Source: Massalongia carnosa (taxonomy: Eukaryota). From it: a stretch of DNA of 64,000 nucleotides. The stretch covers positions 2,356,001-2,420,000 of the forward strand of contig OZ287075.1 of assembly GCA_965645245.1 (NCBI GenBank), given 5' to 3'. This document shows, piece by piece, positions 36,101-47,728 of the stretch. Position 1 is the first letter of the stretch. Each line of letters starts with the position of its first letter. The position numbers were made by a program, and so were the translations under genes. A model generated the notes under the pieces. That model was not told the origin of the DNA, searched no databases, and saw nothing but the letters and a program-made list of their open reading frames with translations.

Positions 36101-36359
36101 CTCATGGACAGTCGCTGGAAGTCTTATGGAGTGAGGGAAGAACATCGGATATCACTAAGCATGATGGAGGAGATATATGAACAGTGGAACCAGTGGACCT
36201 CTACGACGCAGACGACATAGCAGACACCCCGTCTCCACTGGCATATTACATTGTACCTACAATCGACTTTGTATGCCTCCTCCACGCCCAGATCAATAAA
36301 TACTGCTTCCTGTTCGAGCATGTTCTTGCCCACACAGCTAAGACGTACTCCCTGCCTGA

Positions 36360-36603
36360 TGATGAATAGTAAAATTCACGTGTAGGTATAATAGCATGAT
36401 TGTCATTGAAGGTATGAATTATATGTCAGCTATCTACTGCATTATATAGCAGTCACATTGGAGACCTTTCGGCGACCCTTTTAATAATGAGTCAGCCGGT
36501 CCACTGAATCTCGGTCCCCGGAGGTCACCTCGGTCCCCGTGGTAGAGTCGCCGAAGATAAGCACTTGATGAATGCCCATGATGGTAGTCCTTACCATCTG
36601 ACA
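36360..36603 (-). mobile_element. Solo LTR (244 bp) in the Y ORF
   Basis: TG..CA ends, TSD CCTGA/TCTGA; shares one end with 37322-37583 in opposite orientation. Confidence 0.88.
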
Positions 36604-37321
36604 TCTGAGACCATCATCATGGTTGTTGCGCTGCGGGGACTCCGCTTCTGCTACGGTGGAAATATGCTGGCGCGAGAGTCCCTACTGTTTAAGGACCGGT
36701 GGAGGGTTGTACGAGGAGGGAAGACCATCGTCAAGGAAGGACTCGGGATGAAGGAGAGTATAGAGCTATCCGGGTTAGGGTGGTTCAAGCCTAAGATCAA
36801 CTGGGAGACGTGGCGACTAGCAGCACCACATGGTGAGAACATCCTGGTTGGGAACATGCTTATGCACGAGGAGTATAAGCGGAGGTGGAGAGCAGTAAAG
36901 GATCTCCGCGACGTCTTCATTCGTTTCAACCAAGCGGCGTCATGGTATGAGAGGTACAATGTGCAGGAGAACCCTCGATTGCTGAAGTCCTGGCTGGAGT
37001 ACCTTCACGTTCTTAACCTCGAGCAGTTTGACGCAGATATCTGGAAGGCCATGCACAATATCAACAAGCAGACTAAGGAGCTAAGACGCGAGGGTGCAAA
37101 GCCGCCTGCAGAGTTTAGGTTCTGCTGCTACCGTGACATGAAGAGGATGTTCCTAGTCGACGCAGTTACTGGACAGCCAGGTTCACCGCACATGGTCACC
37201 GGGAACAAGATGCGGTTCGACAAGGCTATAGGTCTCCTCAACTTCCTATTCCTATCCGATGAGGAAGAGCGGCGTGGCTGGGGTAACAAGCCGTACCGTG
37301 TGATCCTGAACAAGACGTTCG

Positions 37322-37583
37322 TGTTAAATGGTGAGGCTACCATCGGTTAGATGGTTAGGCTACCATCAATATAGGCATCCATCGTGAGTCCCACGGGTGC
37401 CTGCCAGGCATCTACAAGAGGTGCCTAACAGGCAGATATGGAGGTGCCTAACAGGCAGCTATGGGAGGCCTACAGCATTACTGTTATGTGACTGCTATAA
37501 AAGCAGGTAGACAGCCCACATAGATAATTACCTTCAATGACAATCATGCTATTATACCTACACGTGAATTTTACTATTCATCA
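37322..37583 (+). mobile_element. Solo LTR (262 bp) in the Y ORF
   Basis: TG..CA ends, TSD GTTCG. Confidence 0.9.
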
Positions 37584-38332
37584 GTTCGTGATGCTAGAAC
37601 AGCGTCTTGGGTACGGCCGGGCGGATCGATGGCTTGATGACTTCTTACACCTCATCCGGCTGACGCACTGGATCCTTCCATACCCGTCTAATCGGGGTCT
37701 CATTACGTCGACCAAGACCAGTCAGAGCCGGGGACTTAGGCGGCAGATGATGTGGTTCTCGATGGTCTACGCAGACCCAGCGCACGCCGAAGTCCCGTTC
37801 AAGCACCCTCCTTCAACGCTGTATAGTCTTTTGAGCCGTGCCCGGGCACAAACATTTGGACGTTCCCAGGAAGAGCCGCGATGGGGCACGGCACAGCTCC
37901 TAGCCGCATTCAAGGTGGAGGGGGTCCTGGCCAGTGGGCAGGAGGATTTCTGGGTTGCCGGAAAGATGAGCATAGGATATGGGGGACTCGAGCCTCTCTG
38001 GGAGCGTGGGAATCCACCGAGGCTGAAGATGCTCGAGGAGATCCGGCAGAAAAGCCTAGATGAGCTTGAAGAGCTGATGGCTGGACAGAGTGTCGAGTCG
38101 GCAGCTAATGGCGCGGCGGCAGACGACGAGCCAGAAGCTGACGACGTAGTAGATCATCAAGCCCAGGGTGGCGAGGCTGGTAGTGTAGAAGTATGAGGTT
38201 ATTCATTTTTGTTATATTAATGATTCTATAACTCTGTCCTTCTAAAGTCTAAAATCATCCAAGTCCAGGATGCGTGCCGCATACCGGAATAGGTCTACTG
38301 TTACACGTGACCATAATAATGTCTAGCGCCTA

Positions 38333-39253
38333 TATACATGGTTCTTGATTTGAAGGTCTCCTGCCACCAAAAAAATTAAGCGAATGTGAAATTCGCTTAA
38401 AAGAGGCCTCTCCTGCACGCGATATTAATCGAAGAACTTTTAAATAAGCGAACCTCATATAAAATTAACCGAATTCTGAGATGATATGTAACGTAGTTAG
38501 TAATCATGTTCATGATATGCAGAATTTTACGCTGAATCCAAATCTGAAAGAATTTTACTAAGTAATTGCCGATTCCAATAAAGTTTACCTTTAAATTTTC
38601 AACTCAAATGTTAATGCTTCCCTCGGGACCCGAGGGAATCATCACTTGACATTGCTGTTCTTTGAGAGCGAAACACTTCGTTTCGACCTCTTCAATCTTC
38701 CTGCTTCTTCGTGAAAGTGAAGCTGAGCCAGCTGCGCGATGCGATCAAAGTAACTCTATACGCCGCCGATTTGACGGAACACGATCGTATTCATCATTGG
38801 ATGCAGACGGTACATATAATCGTTGTCTTGTTCTTGGAAAAGCTTCGTCTCACGCCGGCACAGGACCTGCTCGCATTGGAATAATTGCACGAACGCTGGG
38901 CCACTCTAACCTCCAGTTTTGTCATCCTGACCGACTGGTTTCGCAGTCTCATTTCAATAATTGAGATTCGAATCACTCCCCGACCCAATGAATGATAGCA
39001 GAAACTATTCGCGACGACTTCTTCAACAGCAGCCGGCTCTCCTCCGCATCCAGCCGCGATGGTCTTCTCCCCGCCCCTCCCCCGCGCCTTCCCCTAGCCC
39101 CGCCAGCTCGCACTCCTCTACCCTTCCGCGTCCGCCTTCACTTCCTTCGTCTCGCAGCAGTACCCGCCAGCGCGCCGCTCCTTCCGCGAAGCAACCTGCC
39201 GTCGGCCCGTCACACAAGCGAGATGCTTAGGGACAGTCCCCCCCCGACCGTCA
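38333..39253. repeat. Unclassified repeat X, copy 2 (uninterrupted), with a Pro/Ser-rich ORF start at ~38988
   Basis: Homologous to the five pieces of copy 1. Confidence 0.9.
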
Positions 39254-40431
39254 TGTAAAGGGCTACGAGACCAGTAAGCTAAGCATGAGCGACACTGATC
39301 TTCGAGGGAAATGCTCAGCGTGAGAGGTGGAAGATAGCTACTACGTGCTGGTCTCCGAGAGTATACGTGATCCAAAGAACTAACGGATGTGGAAGTGCTT
39401 AGACCAAGAGATCTCGTCCGAGACCCAAACGTAGGTTGTTCATAGAATAAAGACTAATTGCTAACGAATACTACAGAATTCGTTCTGGTATTTATCCTAC
39501 TCACCCCAAGCCTATAGCCTTGGGAGCATTGGAACCTTAGGAGCCTTGCAACCCACTTCTGACCTTATTGCCTTACATCCAACCATACCTCAGGATCCAT
39601 CCACGAACTCGACGTTCGCTGGATCATCTAGTCAGCCTCGAGCAGCCTTCTAGATCTTCCCGTGCAAGGTAAAACAGTTCTACCTCCGGCTAGATCCCTC
39701 GCCACATTGCTAGCACGTCTCTAAACATAAAGTCTAGACGCCGAGGCTATGTAGCTTCATTTCGCCGTCATCACTACCAACGTAGCGGTGGAAGATTACC
39801 TCCGACTGAATCTCTCTCTACACTGCGGACCTGCCTCTAGACACAAGGTCTAGACTACAAGGCCATGTAGGTTCATTCAGCCGACATCACTACCAGCATA
39901 GCAATAAAGGTTGAAGCTGAAGTTTACACTGGGGAGGCCGAGCTCAAGCTGCGTCCAGCTAGCCGTGCCTCCTGCTACAACTCTTGATCCATCAAGAGAT
40001 CGAGTAGCTCCGAGTAGGCCAGTAGATTCCATGTAGAGTTCACGGCTAGTGTCCACAGGAGTTCGCCTTACACTCCATGGCAATCTACCACGCGGCCTCG
40101 ACAGGTGTTTGATCTGTAAGCAGTCTAGAACGTAGTAACAACTAATCCAAAGTTGTGTGGCAAGGTGGCGTTGTGGTAAGATAGCGTTGTATCAAGGTGG
40201 CGATGTGCCAACCTCGACGGCTATGCAACTTCATACTACGGCTTGGCTCATGCTAGTTAATCCCGCCACCGCCCTAGGCGATCGTGTATCCCTCTAGCGC
40301 CATCCGTATTACAGTTGCCTCCCCTCTAGGACGCGAGCTCCGCTGAGCGTGTAGTGGATAGTAACGACACGTTAGGTGGGTGGTATGATGTGTATGGCAG
40401 GCGGTGAAAACCCTCCTTCCTTGTATGATAG

Positions 40432-40838
40432 TATTGAGAATTGAGCCGAGATGTCTGCTTATTAATAAGAGCACCAACCGAATGCGGATCAAGCACTAAG
40501 GGTTATTTCGGCCGTGGCAACACATCACTAATCATTCGAGATGTCATCCATCTGCCAGCTAAGGGAGGCAAAACGGAATATATTGTTAGATGGTGAGGCT
40601 ACCATTGGTTAGATGGTCAGGCTACCATCAATATAGGCATCCATCGTGAGTCACACGGGTGTCTACCAGGCACCTATGGAGGTGCCTAACAGGCAGCTAT
40701 GGGAAGCCTACAGCATTACTGCTATGTGACTGCTATAAAAGCAGGTAGATAGCCCACATAGATAATAACCCTCAATGACATGTATGCTTCTTATTTGCCC
40801 TACTTCCGTTTCATGATCAATAGCCTGGTGTTTCAACA
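40432..40838. mobile_element. Solo LTR (TATTGA..TCAACA) containing a nested short LTR (40584-40780)
   Basis: TSD GATAG; absent from the paralogous site at ~30030; inner unit homologous to 37322, flanks TATAT/TGTAT. Confidence 0.87.
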
Positions 40839-41091
40839 GATAGCAAGGAGGAAAACCGGCCTCCGAAGTCAATGAAAAACCTCCTAACCCAGTGGGAACT
40901 GATGAGGAAAACCGACTTGTCGAGATCGATGAAATACTCTAAAACCCTGATAAGACAACGGGAGAACATAGGGAAAACAGCCTTCTCAAGATCGATGAAA
41001 AACCCTTAAACCCTGATAATATAACGGGAAAACGAAAGGAAAACCTTTCCTAGACTCCATAGCAGGTGGCAGGAGAGAAACCCCGAGGCTT

Positions 41092-44000
41092 CTACTTCTT
41101 TGCCTTCTTGCTCCGAGTGCTGGTAGCTGGTCGGCCGCATTTCCACTTGTTTTTAGGCTTAACGGTCGGCTTAGCCATTGGCGGTGCGGTGTCGATAGGA
41201 GGAGAGGTTGCTGTCGGCTTGGTGGGGTTACCCTCATGGTAGGCTTTGACGATCTTCCGAAGGTGTTTGATCGCTGCCGCCGGGTTCCACGTACTTTCAT
41301 CCTCTGGATAGCCCTTTCAGGAGACCAGATAGTAGAGGCCTGGTAGGTGGCCAGCTTCTGACTACTTGGCGTAGACCGCGCTATCCAAAGTGCCTTCAAC
41401 CTCGTACTCCTCATCGTTACCAGCTTCGAAGTCCAGCTGCTCCGCGATCTTCTCGTCCACCCGCCCCTTCCTTGTGGTGTCCTGCTCCAGCAGTGATACA
41501 TGAAAGACATCATGGATGCGCCACCGTTTTGGAGGCTCCAGCTTGTAGGCTTGCTTGCCCACTGGTTGCAAGACACGGAACGGCCCAAAGAACATAGCCT
41601 CTAGCTTGCGATTACGTTTGGTCTTAATATACTTGCTGTTCAACCAAACTTTATCGCCAGGTGCATAGCTCCGTGGCTTGGTTCCTTTGTTGTGGGCCTT
41701 TGTCTGCCATTCTTGTGCGTGCTGAAGGGTTTCCTTGCAGATAGCCATCAAGTCCTTTAGTTCTGCAGCTAGTTCTTCTGCTGACTTGAACCGGGAGCGG
41801 GGGTCGATATATTCCTCATATGAGACACGGGGATGGTAACCACAGTTGAGCTCGAACAGTGTATGCCATGTGCTCGCGTTTTTTGCATTGTTGTACGCAA
41901 ACTCAGCCATCGGAAGCAGGCGCGCCCAGTCGTCTTGTTCGTAGTTGACGAACGCCCTAAGGTAGGCTTCCATGGTGCTGTTCTGGCGTTCGGTCTGCTC
42001 ATCGGTCTGTGGATGGAACGCGGTAGAGAGGCGTCGCTTGATGCCTAAAAAGTAGCACAAGGAAGACCAGAACTTGGAAATGAAAACTGAGCCGCGGTCG
42101 CTGACGAAAGAGTCTGGCAAGCCGTGGTGACGAACTACCACGTCTATGATTACTTCTGCTAGCCATGGTGCAGTGATCGTTGTCAGCACTGGCTCATAGT
42201 GCACCATCTTCGTAAGCCGGTCGACGATGACCAAGATCGAATCGTAGCTATCGCGCTTCCAATCAGCAGATTCAGGCAACTCCGTCACAAAATCCATAGA
42301 CAAGTTTTTCCAATGATGAGTTGGCACTGGCAGTGACTGTAGGTTTTCGTAACGCTTGTGTCTGACCGCTTTAGAATAAGCAGACGTCGCAACCCTTGAC
42401 ATAGCTCTCGACATCGCGGCGGAGAGTCTTCCAGAAGTACTTTCTCGAAATGAGTTCTCGCGTCTTTTCGATACGGAAGTGTCCTGCTAATGGATCATCA
42501 TGACGCCTGCTGATTAGCTCAGTTCTGAGGATCTCAGGGACATAAGGCAGGCTTTGATAATGCAAAATCCCATTGGTGTCTTACCAGCCATCTTTTCCAA
42601 GCTTCTCTGCTGATCATCTGAGCTTGTGTATCTTCCTTCTGCAACTCCTGCAACCTCAACCTCATGCCACCAATGCTGACTTTGTAAGGACCTTCAGAGG
42701 TCAAGTCTTGGCGGAGCGTATCGCAAAACTGACGTAGTTAAGGGAAGACGTGCGTTCCGCAGATGTTGACGTGGTGTGGAGGGGTGAGATGCTGAGTACT
42801 AGTGATACCAGAGATGCTGGCGCTGGTCAGCGAGGACTGCAATCGGTGAAGGATTCGAGTATTCTCAGCTCGAAGCACTTCCTCTTCGCCTTGGCTCCTC
42901 TGAGGATAGCGAGATAAAGCATCGGCAGTTCCATTAGCCTTGCCTTGACGATAATCGATGCGGAAATTGTAACGAGAGAGTTCTTGCGCCCAGCGAACCT
43001 GGCGGGGGCTTAAACTCTTCGTATCCATAAATCGCCGCAGGTTGTTGTGGTCTGTAAGCACGAGAACTTCATGCTTACAATCTTCGAGATAATGCATCCA
43101 ATTCTTAAAGGCTTCAACGATAGCCATTAGTTCCCCATCGTGAGTTTCGTAACGAGTTTCTGCAGGAATCATTTTCCGAGAAAAATACGCTACTGGGTGC
43201 CATTGGCCGATTTCGATATCCAGCTGGCTATGAACGCCACCTATGGCGTAACCCGAGGCGTCCCTCTCAAGTCGGATGTGGCGCTCAGGGTCAAAATGTC
43301 GGAGGATCGGTGCTTCAGTGAACGCCTGCTTTAATTGGGCAAAGGGTTACTTAGCGGCAGGAGTTAGGAAACAAGATCCTTCCTCTCCACGCCTTGCCTT
43401 TGGGGATGGCCCAGTGTTGGCTATCAAGTTTGTTTTGAGCATCGAGGTGAGTGGAGCAGCAATCTTGCTGAACCCCCGGATGAACCGCCGGTAGAAGTTG
43501 GCGAATCCCATAAACACCTGGATGTCTCGTACTGACTTGGGTTCTGGCCAGTTCTTGACAGCTTCAGTCCTTTCCTCTTCCATACGAATTCCTTGGCCAG
43601 AGACAACGTATCCTAGGAAGCGAACCTCATCCTGATGAAAACGGCACTTCTTTAGATTGGCAAAAAGTCCGTTTTTTTAGGGGTTCTCCAAGACCCACTT
43701 AACAGCCTCAACGTGGCCTTGGCCTGAGTCTTCGGTATAGATCAGAATGTCATCCAAGTATACGATGACGAACATTTCGAGTATCTCTGCTAGAATTTTT
43801 TTGATATAGCCATGAAAACTAGCTGGGGCATTGGAAAGGCCGAAGGGCATAACCTGATACTCAAAATGGCCATATCGAGTTCTGAAGGCCGTCTTCCATT
43901 CGTCACCTTCTCGAATTCGCATCCGATGATACGCATTCGTGAGATCCAGATGGGTAAATCGCTTGGCACGGCCTAGTCGATCAAGGGACTCTCCGATCAA

Positions 44001-46070
44001 GGGCAACGGGTACCGATTCTTGATCGTCAGGGTATTGAGTCCTCGATAATCCACACACAGGCGGAGACTACCGTCCTTCTTGCGGATGAACAGTATCGGA
44101 GCACCAGCCGGAGACTGAGAAGGCCTAATAGAACCGCTGGCTAGGTTGGTTTCGATATAGGTATTCAGTGTCTCTAGTTCCACAGGACCTAGGCTGTAGA
44201 TTGGGCTATAAGGTGGCTGCTTACCCTCTACTAGGTCGATAGGATTGTCGTTAATGCCGGTGTGCTCCGGTAGCTCTACTGCGGAGTCAGGGGAGAAGAC
44301 GTAAGAGAAGTCGGAATATTCAACGGGGATCTTGGCCTCCTCGCTCACTAGCGAGGCTACTTGGGCCTGACGAGAGGCGTGGATCGGCATGGACGATGGC
44401 TTGCTTGCGGCCATTACATACACCACATATGCCTCGTCGTCTCCTCCAAGGACCGCCGCCGCGAATACTTCCTTATCGATGATCTACACACGTCTGGTTG
44501 TTGGTAAAGCCTCGGCAGCTGTGTAGGTTCTCCAGGCGAGCTCTCGATCTGCGAACCGTATATCCACACTGCTGAGTGTAAGAAAAGGCATCACCAGGAC
44601 CACCTCCAGGCTAATATTAGCCAACAAGAAGATTTCCTGGAAGAATCTAACCTTCCCTAGCTTGTCCTTGACCGCGAACCCTGCGATAACCATACCGAAG
44701 GTATCCAGGTGAGATCCATCAATCTTTTGCGCCCTAAAATCTGTTTCCCTAACACGAAGGCCTAGTTTCGCGGCATAAGCGGGGTGCATTACGTTGACCT
44801 CGCTGCCCGAATCTATCAAAGCCTGTATCTCATCTTGATCCTCCTCGAATGGACCGGATATCTAATACAAGGAACCCGCTCAAGATTAGCCTCCTTACTA
44901 GTTTCAGTCAGAGGCGCGGAGTTTGCCAAGACCGATACTAGTTTTTTGAGGAGTCATTCTTGGACTCGCTACAAGTACCTGAGTAGTGTCCCTTCTTGTT
45001 GCAGTTGAAGCAGGCGATTTGGGATAAGTCCATGCTGGTGCCGCTGGAAGTGTTGGCACTGGTGGCCGGAGTGAACTCCGAGCCTTTCCGATCTCGACCA
45101 TGATCAATACGTCGCTGCATTTTCTTTTCTCTCCGAGCTTTCTTGTCAGCAATCTCGCTGTTCTCTAGGCGCGAGGAGTTTGATTGCTTCGGACCCGACG
45201 GATTGGGCTTTTCGCTAGGCTCGTCTCGAGGGTCTCGAGTAGAGGTGTGGGGTTTGGCCACAGTAGCATGAGCGGGCCGGTTTCCATGTCGACAACGCTG
45301 ATCTATCTCACGAAGGATCAATTGCGGCTGCAGGCTAGCTTTTGCCTCAGCATCGATCGCTTTTTCGACCAGCTACTCCCAGCTGTCTAGTTCCCTTCCT
45401 CGTTGTTCCATCTGAGCCTTTATCGAAGGCTTGAGGCCTTCACGAAAGAACCGGATAAGGTCCGACTCCTCTGGAGCTCCCTCAGCATCAAACTCCAGGA
45501 GTATAGATTGCAGATGTTCCAGGTGAGAAGCCCAATCCTGAACTTCTTCTTGTTGATACTGGGAGTCCCGCTTGATCCTACTCCAGGTTGCGTCCACAAA
45601 AGCCCTGGAGTCTCCAAGAATCTTCCGAAGGAAAGCCTTGAACTCGGACCAAGACAAAGGTCCTACCTCTTCGCCTTGGCTTCGACGTTTGTGCTGGTGC
45701 CAACGAAAGTAAATCCGGCCACGAAGGAAAGATGCGGCAAAGGGTGGACGGTTTGACCCGGTGGCGCCGGCGGTGTCAAAGTGGTCTTCGCGTTGTTGGC
45801 AGAAATGGTAAGACTCTATATGGGACTTTCCATATTAGAGATCCGGGAACCGAGCTTTCAACTGACCTTCTCGGGGGCCTTCATGTCGATTACCTTGTGC
45901 CTGGAGGAACGACTCCATGCAGAGCTTTGTGATTCTCTGCAGATCTTCCTCTGTGTATTTGGCAGGGCCCATAGCTTCCTCAGTGCTTGGTGTCGGTAAC
46001 TCTTCCGCGGGCCTTGAAATGTCTTCTGCCTGGGGAGGGAGATCTTATTGGACCTTGCCGAACATTCCTG
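41092..46070 (-). pseudogene. H gag-pol pseudogene
   Basis: ORF fragments 45373-45657, 44938-45321, 44484-44819, 43677-44426, 43347-43583, 42738-43172, 41362-42414 in Gypsy domain order. Confidence 0.9.
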
Positions 46071-46290
46071 CGAGGGCGAGAGTTTGATGACATCGTTTGC
46101 CGAGTTTAAAAACAGATGGCTCCACTAGCTAAGCTTCCTCCAAACGGGCTGGCTGACCCGTAGGGTATGAGAGCGATTAGAAATGTAATAGGCTACGAGA
46201 CCAGTAAGCTAATCACGAGCGACACTGATCTCGAAAGGGGAAATGCTCAGCGTAAGAGGTGGAAGATAGCTACTACATGCTAGTCTCCGA

Positions 46291-46486
46291 TGTTAGAATG
46301 TACAAATCAGGCTACTTCATTTCAGCCGAACTCACCTTCTACCGCACGAGTATACGCACGCTAATTGCTAGACGTATCGCTAGTCTAATACTAGGATACC
46401 GTACATTGTCTATAAATCTAGCTATTCCTACTATATAGAACAAAAGCAAGCGTTATATCCTCTATCTACTATACTACCTTTTGATA
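46291..46486 (+). mobile_element. Solo LTR (196 bp, TG..TA ends) inside the H 5' LTR
   Basis: TSD TCCGA; absent from other H LTR copies. Confidence 0.85.
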
Positions 46487-47319
46487 TCCGATAGTATACG
46501 TAATCCAAAGAACTAATGGATGTAGAAGTGCTTAGACCAAGAGATCTCGTCCGAGACCCAAACTTAGGTTGGTTGTTCATAGAATAAAGACTAATTGCTA
46601 ACGAATACTACAGGATTCGTTCTGGTATTTATCCTATTCACCCCGAGCCTATAGCCTTGGGAGCCTTGGAACCTTAGGAGCCCTCCAATCCACATCTGAC
46701 ATTATCGCCTTAAATCCAACCATGCCTCAGGATCAATCTACAAACTCGGCGTTCGCTGGATCATCTAGTCAGCTTCGAGCAGCTTCTAACTAGACCTTGC
46801 CTTGCAAGGTAAAACAATTCTACCTCCGGCAAGATCACTCACTACATTGCTAGCCTGCCTCTAAATAAAAAGTCTAGATGCCGAGGCTATGTAGCTTCAT
46901 TTTGCAGTGACCACAACCAAAGTAGCGATGGAAGGTTACCTCGGACTGAATCTCTATCTACACTGCGGACCTGCCTCTAGAAACCAGGTCTAGAACACAA
47001 GGTCGTGTAGGTTTATTCAGCCGACATCACTACCAACGTAGCAATAAAGGTTGAAGCTGAAGTTTACACCGGGGAGGCGGAGCTCAAGCTGCGTCCAGCT
47101 AGCCGTGCCTCCTGCTACAACTCTTTATCCATCAAGAGATCGAGTAGCTCCGAGTAGGCCAGTAGATTCCATATAGAGTTCACGGCTAGTGTCCACAGGA
47201 GTTCGCCTTACACCACGGCAATCTACCACGACGGGCTCGACAGGTGTTTGATCTATAAGCAGTTTAGAACGTAGTAACAACTAATTCGGAGTTGTGTGGC
47301 AAGGTGGCGTCGTGTAAAC

Positions 47320-47676
47320 TGTCATGGAGTGACTGGGCACCTGCCAGTTAGTTCATTGAATCAACCTCAACCTTAGCTGCTTGAACGAAGCACTAGCCGG
47401 CTAGCCGATCCGAAAAGAGCTAAGCTTAATCTGGTTTAGTCAGGGCAAAGGTAAGTGTTCGGACTGTCAATAGTGTCATGGGGATAGTTTCATGCCAGGG
47501 ACTTGGGAATTAGATCAACGGCTAGATTGGGACGCGTTCCGTTCGCCAGAGTCTTATACTCGCCCACGTTGGATTTCTGTTTCTTTTCTCCTTGTCGAAC
47601 GTCTTGTCCACCTAGCTAGACAATCAAGTAATACGTTTGCACCATCTGAATTTCTACCTGACCTCGCACCGTAATA
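47320..47676 (+). mobile_element. Solo LTR of family A (diverged) inside the H 5' LTR
   Basis: Homologous to 95-448; flanks TAAAC/TCAAC. Confidence 0.9.
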
Positions 47677-47728
47677 TCAACCTCGACGGCAGTGCGACTA
47701 AGTACTACGGCTTGACTCATGCTAGTTA

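Larger units (their letters stand above)
33554..38196 (+). pseudogene. Large (~1,370-codon) uncharacterised ORF of element Y with an N-terminal AT-hook; frameshifts, a stop at 34588 and two solo-LTR insertions
   Basis: GRPRKY; reading continues across excised LTRs (TYSLP|ETIIMV, LNKTF|VMLEQR); homologous N-termini at 61408 and 62908. Confidence 0.8.
33114..38330 (+). mobile_element. Unclassified repetitive element Y, copy 1 (right end not established)
   Basis: Same start (AAA|TGATGTCGGAATCC) as copy 2 in an unrelated flank; three copies in the window. Confidence 0.75.

Noticed and set aside
33554..38196. Y ORF as a single-copy host gene, Helitron or Starship captain
   Set aside because: Three decayed copies with a shared sharp 5' end; no HUH/helicase or tyrosine-recombinase motifs recognised (not excluded without a profile search)
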